This document shows positions 56,567-64,000 of a stretch of 64,000 bases of DNA, piece after piece. A model generated the notes under the pieces. The model saw nothing but the letters and a program-made list of their open reading frames with translations, made no database searches and was not told where the DNA came from. Numbering within the stretch: the stretch's first letter is position 1; the number at the start of each line of letters is the position of its first letter. The stretch is from a virus. The stretch lies in IMG/VR virus record IMGVR_UViG_3300027792_000010. One strand, written 5' to 3'. Both the position numbers and the translations under genes were made by a program.

Positions 56567-57088
56567 TTATTGCCAACATTTTTCATAGTCTTTATTTATA
56601 CCAGAGATATATGCAAGTATATCATAAATATAGCTGTTAGGATTAATATATCTATTTACTTTTCTAAACTCTTTTTCGTCTAATCCTAAAAGTCTATTTA
56701 TGAATAAACCAACGGCACCACTTCTTGAAGTACCTGCGTCACAATGTACTACTAGTACACCTACATGTTCATCATTAAGTAACTTTACGAAATCTAGTAT
56801 CTTATGAGCATCTGTTTCATCAAACAAACGTAACCCAGAATCTAATTTTTTTGGGGTAATAGATTTTATTCTTTCAAACTGTTCTTTAGATATATCACCA
56901 AAACAAAGATTTAAAATGCTTTTGCAATTCATCCTATGCATGAGTTCTACTTTATCATCTGTAATTAGTTTCTCTGCAGGGGTGCTATATATAGAGATGA
57001 GCGCCCAACTTAGAGATGATATAGTCTCCTGATTCGTTATCACATCCGTAATAACTTTCCTCGGAAAAACACGTATATGCCTTATCAT
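56567..57088 (-). CDS. protein-tyrosine-phosphatase-like protein
   Basis: VHCDAGTSRSGA (CX5R), NPN. Confidence 0.85.
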   Translation of the reverse strand: MIRHIRVFPRKVITDVITNQETISSLSWALISIYSTPAEKLITDDKVELMHRMNCKSILNLCFGDISKEQFERIKSITPKKLDSGLRLFDETDAHKILDFVKLLNDEHVGVLVVHCDAGTSRSGAVGLFINRLLGLDEKEFRKVNRYINPNSYIYDILAYISGINKDYEKCWQ

Positions 57089-57870
57089 ACTGTTTTTACT
57101 TTCACTTTATAGGTTTTGTAGAAATCTCTGGTGATATTATGAAACTCTTCCGGTAGTAATTCTACAGTTTTTTGAGCAATATCTTTAGGGATTTCTTTAT
57201 AGAAAGCCTGAGCTATACCTCCGGCAATACATGCCATAGTATCCGCATCGCCATTAAGTCTTATAGCTTTTTTGATCGCGTCTATAAAGGAATCGGACTC
57301 AAGAAAACAAATGATAGATTCAGGTACTGACCCCTGACACGTCGCATCGAATTTGTAGGTCGGTGCGATATCTACCAGAGTACGATTAAGGTCATATCCA
57401 AAACTTTTTGATATGACTCTCTTAATCTCTTCTTTGGATTTCCCAATGCGTGCCATATAAACTGCTAAAGCTGTAGCTTGAGCACCTTTGATACCTTCTG
57501 GATGACTATGAGTACACTCTGCGCTTTTTTTAGCCTCTTCTAAGACCTTCCTAGGGTTATCAAAAGCATACCCTATAGGACTTACCCTCATGGCAGAACC
57601 ATTGCCAAAACTATTAAAAGGGGCATTAGAAGAAGAATCTAACCAATCTTGAAACATCCCGCCATATCCCCGACCTGGGTATCTATTACCGAAGTCTTTG
57701 TAACACTCACCATAGCTCTTCCCCGTTAGGATGGCTGAGCAGGTAGCGAAAGACATTACAGAGTCATCCGTGTAATCAGTCCCATCTGCAAACAATTCAA
57801 AATCATATACTTCTGTTTTCTTCCATTCATATGCACTCCCGATCACGTCACCTATGCAGGCACCCAGCAT
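57085..57870 (-). CDS. ADP-ribosylglycohydrolase (DraG/ARH family)
   Basis: G..IGD..GS.YE, TDDS, GNGSAMRVSP, THSHPEG, GDADT; ATG 57870. Confidence 0.92.
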   Translation of the reverse strand: MLGACIGDVIGSAYEWKKTEVYDFELFADGTDYTDDSVMSFATCSAILTGKSYGECYKDFGNRYPGRGYGGMFQDWLDSSSNAPFNSFGNGSAMRVSPIGYAFDNPRKVLEEAKKSAECTHSHPEGIKGAQATALAVYMARIGKSKEEIKRVISKSFGYDLNRTLVDIAPTYKFDATCQGSVPESIICFLESDSFIDAIKKAIRLNGDADTMACIAGGIAQAFYKEIPKDIAQKTVELLPEEFHNITRDFYKTYKVKVKTV

Positions 57871-58802
57871 GATATACCGCCTTTCACTCTTTCTTTTTCG
57901 TATCCCAACCATTCTTTCCACGATATCCAACCTTTATTTAGATATGTACGGCTAGGAAAAGAAGGTATAGTGATTGGTCTACTACCACTTTTACAAAAAC
58001 ATTCCCATTCGGTTTTACTTTGTATATTAAATTTTTTAATATATTCTTTAGCTTCTGAATAGGGCATAAAACCTGTTTTTAAGACTATTATACCTTTTAT
58101 TTTATAAAATTTATTATATTTTCTTAACAATTTTAAGCTACTATCTCTATACATGAAATCTCTTAATAGTATTGAATTATTGTTAGAAAACCTTGTGCTA
58201 TAATAAATGCTGTCTTTAGGTCTTGTATAGTCAAATAACTTTTCACCCTTTTTTCTAACTTTTATGTAAATAATACCGTGTATACCTTTTATGCTACTTT
58301 CTATTGCTTCTAATAATTTATATGCTAACTCTTTGCTCCCTGAAGTGAAATCTGTTTCAAGATTATTATTATCTTTTAGAATGCTCACGCTCCCATCTCC
58401 GTCAAAGTACCCTCTAATAAAGTCTGGTAAATATTCCTGAGGGACTGTTGGAAATCCAATATCTAAACTTTTTCTTTCTTTTCCTCCAAGATTTTTTATA
58501 TCTTCAATTATTTCTTTTGAGTAAATACATATAAAATAATTATTTTTACAAGTTTTCTTTATAGGATGATTAGATTCCATAACTTTTAAAATATTTTCTA
58601 ATATATATTTGTCATTTTTATGCTGGCTTATTCCAAAGCATTCTTTATCTATAAATCCATCGGCCCACCAAAATCCTAAAACATAGGCCATATCTTTAGT
58701 CCAAATTTTAAAAAAATCTTGATTAACGTTATATCTTCTTGCCCCCTGATTCCACTTATTTTTCCAACGTTCCAATTTTTCTGATTGTGCTTCTTTGCTC
58801 AT
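57852..58802 (-). CDS. LAGLIDADG homing endonuclease with C-terminal DNA-binding repeat
   Basis: AYVLGFWWADG, FIRGYFDGDG; PY.EAKEY...IP..P...Y..KGW.SW..WLG. Confidence 0.88.
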   Translation of the reverse strand: MSKEAQSEKLERWKNKWNQGARRYNVNQDFFKIWTKDMAYVLGFWWADGFIDKECFGISQHKNDKYILENILKVMESNHPIKKTCKNNYFICIYSKEIIEDIKNLGGKERKSLDIGFPTVPQEYLPDFIRGYFDGDGSVSILKDNNNLETDFTSGSKELAYKLLEAIESSIKGIHGIIYIKVRKKGEKLFDYTRPKDSIYYSTRFSNNNSILLRDFMYRDSSLKLLRKYNKFYKIKGIIVLKTGFMPYSEAKEYIKKFNIQSKTEWECFCKSGSRPITIPSFPSRTYLNKGWISWKEWLGYEKERVKGGISCWVPA

Positions 58803-58947
58803 CTTTCCCTCTATTTTCTTCCTCTATATAGCTATCAATTATCCTTCTTAAAAATTCTGCTTTAGAGATTCCCATCTCTTCAGATTTGTTTTTAAGAAAC
58901 TCTTGCTCTTTATCTGATAGACATATTTGAGTCCTGTTAAGTTTCAT
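58756..58947 (-). CDS. ribbon-helix-helix (CopG-like) protein
   Basis: RTQICLS....L...S...GISKAE.LRR.ID. Confidence 0.8.
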   Translation of the reverse strand: MKLNRTQICLSDKEQEFLKNKSEEMGISKAEFLRRIIDSYIEEENRGKDEQRSTIRKIGTLEK

Positions 58948-58989
58948 CTTACATCTCCATTACATCAAGTAGATGTTATTAATAGGTTA

Positions 58990-59691
58990 TTAAAGTTTAA
59001 CTATATTTTCATATAACATGTGGTATTTTCCAAAATCTATATTATCGTGCCAATGCCCACACCACAGGCTATTGAATGTAGTGTTTTGACAGACATGTTC
59101 TAAATATTTCTCGGTAGGATCAACCCTACCAATTTCACGACATAATCCTATAGACTTCAGGTATGTTTCGGCTATACTTGATGGAGCGGTATGAGCCAAA
59201 ATATAATCTACAGAATATTGGTGCTGCTCCAGATTCTGTAGCCCTAAATCCATCTCAGACCAACTTGGTATTTCTTCAGGCCACCATGACTTTCCTTCTG
59301 TCCTTGTAGCTTTATCTATACTTTGCGCGCCACCCATAACAAAGAATTTTTTACCCTCTATGGTATAGATGTGCCCTCTTTTAAGGTGAAAGATACTATC
59401 TGAGACCTTACCTACTTTACTCCCAAACATATCTATTTGTTCGAGGGCATATAGTCTGGGATGGTTCTCATGGTTACCACAAACAAATAATGTTGTAAAA
59501 GGTTTATTAGATAGCCACCAAGTCCAATAACTCTCTGTAGGGCTAGGGGTATTATCCCACACCAGCCCAAAGTCACCGAGAATGATTAGATAATCATTCT
59601 TGGTGAGCTTTACTCCTTCAGGCCACCTCTTTGCTGATAGCTTATGTATGTCGGTGTCACCGTGAGTGTCACCAGTTAAAAACGTCGCCAT
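58990..59691 (-). CDS. calcineurin-like metallophosphoesterase
   Basis: GDTHG, LGDFG, GNHENH, HT.P, CGHWH. Confidence 0.9.
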   Translation of the reverse strand: MATFLTGDTHGDTDIHKLSAKRWPEGVKLTKNDYLIILGDFGLVWDNTPSPTESYWTWWLSNKPFTTLFVCGNHENHPRLYALEQIDMFGSKVGKVSDSIFHLKRGHIYTIEGKKFFVMGGAQSIDKATRTEGKSWWPEEIPSWSEMDLGLQNLEQHQYSVDYILAHTAPSSIAETYLKSIGLCREIGRVDPTEKYLEHVCQNTTFNSLWCGHWHDNIDFGKYHMLYENIVKL

Positions 59692-59794
59692 TTTTATATA
59701 CCGCCTTAAGTATCATAGGATAAGGAGAACTTATTTTAATCACGTCACGCCAGGGGTCGTCTGCTTCCCTCACATCATCAGATAATATACTTTT

Positions 59795-59992
59795 TTACAA
59801 ATTAGTTCTACAAAGATTATAAGAGCGCTGGATAAAGTCAAAACGTCTTTCCTTAACCTGAGTCAAAGGGATCATTGGATTTTTACAGATTTCAAACAAA
59901 GGAGGTTTAAATCTATACAGCCTATTACCAAATAAATCATATATCCCATCAAACCAAGGGTCATCTACTTCCCAGACTTTATTATCTTTCAT
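59795..59992 (-). CDS. WxxDDPW-family small protein
   Basis: WEVDDPW. Confidence 0.6.
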   Translation of the reverse strand: MKDNKVWEVDDPWFDGIYDLFGNRLYRFKPPLFEICKNPMIPLTQVKERRFDFIQRSYNLCRTNL

Positions 59993-60150
59993 TTATACTT
60001 TAACTCTAATGAGAATATACTACTATGTTCTATACGCATAGGTACACACTACATCACCTATAATAAATAAAGGAACTTTATCTCGTATAAAACCATGATC
60101 ACTACACCAGGGGTCATCTGCTAACCATACTTTATTCGCTAATAGTTCAT

Positions 60151-60357
60151 CTATTGTTTTGATATATGACTCCTAGTAGTATTATCTTTATTATACATAG
60201 GTATCATTCCTTCAGGCAACTGTTGCACTAAAAAACATTTTCTGGCTATGGAACTATAGTCCATACGATTCATGAGAGGGGCTACCATTGCTTGTGCCAA
60301 CTTTGAAAAGTCTGGCATAGCCCAGGGATCATCAGCAAACCACAAATTTGTTTTCAT
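60151..60357 (-). CDS. WxxDDPW-family small protein
   Basis: WFADDPW; AGAGGA RBS. Confidence 0.65.
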   Translation of the reverse strand: MKTNLWFADDPWAMPDFSKLAQAMVAPLMNRMDYSSIARKCFLVQQLPEGMIPMYNKDNTTRSHISKQ

Positions 60358-60630
60358 ACATCCTCTTTATTATCTTTACAATTATCCGGCTTAGCAACAC
60401 TAGCTAACGCGATTAGATATCGATACAATTCATCGGGTGTTCGATTTGGTAAAGATTCTTGCAATCGAGTTAATTCTTTTGTAAAGTAGGCGACATCGAC
60501 ACCGAATCGATTTTTCATTGCTCAAGCTCCCGCAGCCGTTGCTGCATTTCCCGATATTTTCGTAGTTTTCGTTTTAGTATTATCAATCGAATAACTGAGA
60601 TAATGGATCTGATCATATGATACCTTCGAA

Positions 60631-61119
60631 TTATTTTGTTAGAAAAATAGCAGTTTTACAATCTTTTGTTATCGATTTTATGGTATCCAGCACATCACTA
60701 GGACAGTGTAAGAAGATTGCTGTATTTATTGAACCTGATGTTAACCATTCTTCTGCTTTATCTAAGGTAGCTGTTTGCAACGCAATAGTTTCGGATTCTT
60801 TGATAGGAACAATACATTGTTCAAAATCCCTTATAGAAAACCAATGAATATCTGAAGGGGAGATATCCAAACAAATACCGATGAGTCTATCTGCAAAATG
60901 CTCTACAATTCTTCCCCGTTCCCATAAAGGTGCGTTTGCAGGTACACCATTAACGATGCATGCTATAGGCTGGATAATTTTAACAGCGGTTCCTATTGGA
61001 TACTGTAAGGGAGCTACTCGAATATTAGGTTTGGATATTTTGATTTTGATATAGACTATACAGACAAGAATACTAATAATACCTAAGCTTACTACCAATG
61101 GATACGAAAAACTCAGCAT
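60631..61119 (-). CDS. membrane-anchored hypothetical protein
   Basis: N-terminal TM helix, AGGAG RBS. Confidence 0.6.
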   Translation of the reverse strand: MLSFSYPLVVSLGIISILVCIVYIKIKISKPNIRVAPLQYPIGTAVKIIQPIACIVNGVPANAPLWERGRIVEHFADRLIGICLDISPSDIHWFSIRDFEQCIVPIKESETIALQTATLDKAEEWLTSGSINTAIFLHCPSDVLDTIKSITKDCKTAIFLTK

Positions 61120-61128
61120 ACGATCTCC

Positions 61129-61641
61129 TTATTTATAACTATTTACATTTTCAGACACGTAAGTAACAGGAATACCTGCTTGTTTGAGCATTTCTTCGCT
61201 TTCTTGTGCGCATTGGTATTTCGATTCACAATGTACTGCAACTATACCAACAGAGATAATAAACATTGTGCATACCCGACAAGGTGTCATGCTGCAATAT
61301 AATGTACTGCCTGCTAAGCTAATACCAAGTTTGGCTGCTTGTAATATTGCGTTCTGTTCTGCATGAATTGTTCGGATACAATGCACAGTATATTCATCCG
61401 GCTCTAGCCGCAAAGAAACTTTTTGCTTAGTTAAAGGTGTAAGGTCGCCGTGAAATCTACCTTCATATCGATGACCTACCTCATCGCAATGACTTAATCC
61501 AGGAGGAGCACCAGCATATCCCGTTACTAAAATACGATTATCCCGAATGATTACACATCCTACTTTCCCTCGATCACATGATGACCTATCAGATATTGCT
61601 CGCATTACGGAAAAGAAATATTCATGCCATGTCGGTCGCAT
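61129..61641 (-). CDS. dCMP deaminase (ComEB-like)
   Basis: RP.W.EYF, RS.C.R..VG, TGY.G.P, HAEQNA, PC..C. Confidence 0.92.
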   Translation of the reverse strand: MRPTWHEYFFSVMRAISDRSSCDRGKVGCVIIRDNRILVTGYAGAPPGLSHCDEVGHRYEGRFHGDLTPLTKQKVSLRLEPDEYTVHCIRTIHAEQNAILQAAKLGISLAGSTLYCSMTPCRVCTMFIISVGIVAVHCESKYQCAQESEEMLKQAGIPVTYVSENVNSYK

Positions 61642-61695
61642 ACATACTCCTGGAGGTTAACCAAGGTAGCTAGCAGATGCCAGCTACCCATTTTG

Positions 61696-63546
61696 TTACG
61701 GTAAATAGACAATTGATTCTTTAACAGTAAATCGATTATTTAGATTTTCCGTCCAAACTACTTTAGCATAATCAGAGTACCTACCAACTTTAGGGTACTG
61801 ATAAGCAAAACCTGGGGACGTACCTAATGTTTGGGTAACCCAGCCACTTGTTTTATAGTATCCGAATTTAATACTGATGCTAGAATCTGGGTTCATCTTT
61901 TCCCAAGTAGCATTAAGGGATACACCAAAATTATTAATCGCATTAATAGAGCATGATTCTGTATCGATAGTATCCCGAAAGGATTTCCAGGAATTATTTA
62001 CATATTTTCTATGCACTAAGTACCCACGCTCGTCACCCACACCCATATTTTCCTTACCAGTCCAATATAAAAGATGAAGGGTATCAGATACCCGATTAAC
62101 GCTTACACCCATTACCCGAGTATTAGCATCTAGGGTTGTCACTGCTCCCCACGAAGTACCATTAAATATTCGATATCTAATAGGTTGCTTCCACTCACTG
62201 CAATCTTGGTTTATATACACCAACATCAGACTCTTTGTTGCAGGAGTTTGGCATACACTGAAAATGTATTGATTAGTTTTTCGAATATTATCGTATGCAG
62301 GATCTAATGTAATGTTGTCACCCGCTTGCTGTAATTCTAAGACTGGGCTAAATACACCATTCTTGTAAAACGTAGTCTGTATTTTAACTCCTACTTGTGA
62401 CTGAGATGCCCAAAAAACATGTGGAATACCCGAGGTCAAAATAACTTGACCTTGTTTTATGGAAGTATTTGGGGTGTTATATTCATAGACAAGAAGTCGG
62501 TTAGTCACAGTTAAAGAAAGAGAATCAATAGTAGTTAAATATAACTGTATGTTAGGAGGTGCATCAGTTTTCCAGAGCACATAAACAGTCGATGCCACTT
62601 TTATTGAATGTAAAAAAGTACTAGCCTTACCTGAATCGTAGCATAACGGACCATACCATAAAGAATTGTACCCATCTACTGACTTCCCTCGGTAGGAGTA
62701 GAATGTTAAGTCTGTTCGATTAGTTACAGAAGGATCATAGGTATTGGTAAAATTACAAACAGGGGTAGTTGGGGTGGGAGGTTTAATTAAGTCCAGCCTT
62801 TCAATTGATTGAATGGATGGAACACAATTATTTACTGCAAATGTTACAAGGGGGCCTGCTTGGTTTGTGGCATACCCACCAAATATAATTCTGCCTATGT
62901 TTGATAGCATTAGAGTGGAATTACAAGGTATAGACCAATGCATACCTATGATGATAATACTATTCGATTGGGGCTCAATAAAAATCCAATTATTTACGAG
63001 CGTAGGGTCGTCCCCAACAAGAATGGCATTTATACTATGATAAAATCCTTGTGAAGCCAAAGACACGGGATAAACAGGTAAATTAAATCGATTTGTTCCG
63101 TAATATGGCTCTGATAGGTCATTATAGTATCCGGTAAAATTGACATAAAACTGAATAGCAAAATTCCCACAAACATAATAAGGAAGATAAGGGTGATACT
63201 GTGTAAGGGATAGACATTTACTGACCCAAGATATCTTTTGCGCCTTGGTTAAATTATCCCAATCTCCTGGTAAATTACCTGATTGTAGTATTTGAATATC
63301 GGTTGAGGTAAGATAGTTATCAGCATCTACATCACCAAACCGATTAAACATCCCAAGATTAATTAATGATACGGCGGAATCAATGTCTAACTGATTAACT
63401 GACCCATCTTGATTAACATCACCCGATCCCCAATATGCTGTAGTTGGGTAAGGTCGATGAAAGGGATCATTTCCTTGCCATAAATCGTAGGCAATCGAAT
63501 AGCTCATTACTGGTAACAGGCATAAAAAGATAAGCACATTTTTCAT
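61696..63546 (-). CDS. exported protein with dockerin-like EF-hand repeats
   Basis: signal peptide; GDVNQDGSVNQLD and GDVDADNYLTSTD. Confidence 0.7.
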   Translation of the reverse strand: MKNVLIFLCLLPVMSYSIAYDLWQGNDPFHRPYPTTAYWGSGDVNQDGSVNQLDIDSAVSLINLGMFNRFGDVDADNYLTSTDIQILQSGNLPGDWDNLTKAQKISWVSKCLSLTQYHPYLPYYVCGNFAIQFYVNFTGYYNDLSEPYYGTNRFNLPVYPVSLASQGFYHSINAILVGDDPTLVNNWIFIEPQSNSIIIIGMHWSIPCNSTLMLSNIGRIIFGGYATNQAGPLVTFAVNNCVPSIQSIERLDLIKPPTPTTPVCNFTNTYDPSVTNRTDLTFYSYRGKSVDGYNSLWYGPLCYDSGKASTFLHSIKVASTVYVLWKTDAPPNIQLYLTTIDSLSLTVTNRLLVYEYNTPNTSIKQGQVILTSGIPHVFWASQSQVGVKIQTTFYKNGVFSPVLELQQAGDNITLDPAYDNIRKTNQYIFSVCQTPATKSLMLVYINQDCSEWKQPIRYRIFNGTSWGAVTTLDANTRVMGVSVNRVSDTLHLLYWTGKENMGVGDERGYLVHRKYVNNSWKSFRDTIDTESCSINAINNFGVSLNATWEKMNPDSSISIKFGYYKTSGWVTQTLGTSPGFAYQYPKVGRYSDYAKVVWTENLNNRFTVKESIVYLP

Positions 63547-63686
63547 TGTTGGCTCCTTGATTGTGGTTTAGAGGTGTTATCTTGCGCTCATAATTGAAAA
63601 TTTTTAGTCATTTGTCGGTCTCCTTTTTAATAGTATTTCGTATGCCCTTTATTACTATCAGCATAAAAATTATATGGTTTCTAATA

Positions 63687-63800
63687 TTATAACCTTATTG
63701 TTTTTATAATAGCTAAGGGATTAACTATACCAATACCTATGTTATCTCTAATAACAAATCCAATCGGTCTACCCCAAGGATCATCAGCTTGCCATATCAT
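63687..63800 (-). CDS. 37-aa WxxDDPW peptide MIWQADDPWGRPIG...
   Basis: motif at residues 3-9; below ORF-track cut-off. Confidence 0.55.
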   Translation of the reverse strand: MIWQADDPWGRPIGFVIRDNIGIGIVNPLAIIKTIRL

Positions 63801-63930
63801 GAACGTAGTTGCCTTTTTTTGAAGAAGCCCTCAAAAGAAGTATCTTTTTCTTCTAATAAACGAACATATCGGCTAGTATAGTTGTTATTTATTTTGAAAG
63901 GTTCGTTGTTTATATTAGTCACTATCATCT

Positions 63931-64000
63931 CCGTTCTGAAAAACTTATAAAATCTTTGCAAGACTCATGTTTTCTTCCTGCTTCATAGAAACAGCTTCTT
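63931..64000 (-). mobile_element. right end of an IS607-like element running off the window
   Basis: GCTGTTTCTATGAAGCAGGAA...AAGTTTTTCAGAACGG. Confidence 0.65.

Larger units (their letters stand above)
52666..63794 (-). repeat. 13 copies of a (W/R)xxDDPW-coding 21-mer in small ORFs
   Basis: 52666, 52835, 53026, 53171, 53297, 53433, 53912, 54177, 59750, 59954, 60107, 60322, 63774 (lowest coordinate of each copy). Confidence 0.92.

Noticed and set aside
52666-63794. CRISPR array or DNA recombination-site array
   Set aside because: Irregular spacing, no palindrome, variation concentrated at synonymous positions.
1-64000. Alternative genetic code
   Set aside because: Conserved genes are intact under the standard code, and no suppressor anticodons (CUA/UCA/UUA) are seen.

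Overview
A 64-kb segment of a large, AT-rich bacteriophage genome (standard code, bacterial host: sigma70-type promoters, HPr, bS21, peptide deformylase, GroES, TopA, PurM). Most genes lie on the minus strand; two giant Lys/Glu-rich proteins are on the plus strand. It holds an RNA-repair cluster (two T4-type Pnkp plus an RNA ligase), an IS607-like TnpB element, homing endonucleases and 20 tRNA genes in two arrays. Main find: each tRNA array is preceded by a near-identical promoter, a short leader ORF and a mutually exclusive antiterminator/terminator. Each leader is built from codons read by the tRNAs downstream of it. Leader 1 (43038-43151) has a cognate codon for all 14 downstream tRNAs, including all five Leu isoacceptors. 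Leader 2 (55681-55758) is mostly Phe/Asp/Met/Ile/Ser(AGY), matching its Phe/Asp/Met/Met/Ile/Ser(GCU) array. This looks like a ribosome-stalling attenuator that switches on phage tRNAs when host tRNAs are depleted. Other oddities: two tRNAs with 27-nt hairpin insertions in the anticodon, a circularly permuted tRNA-like RNA, a 787-nt region closed by a 26-bp helix behind a boxA-like site and containing an orphan TnpB omegaRNA-like end, TnpB inserted in tRNA-Ser, and 13 copies of a WxxDDPW-type micro-protein motif. All calls are by eye; no database searches were run.
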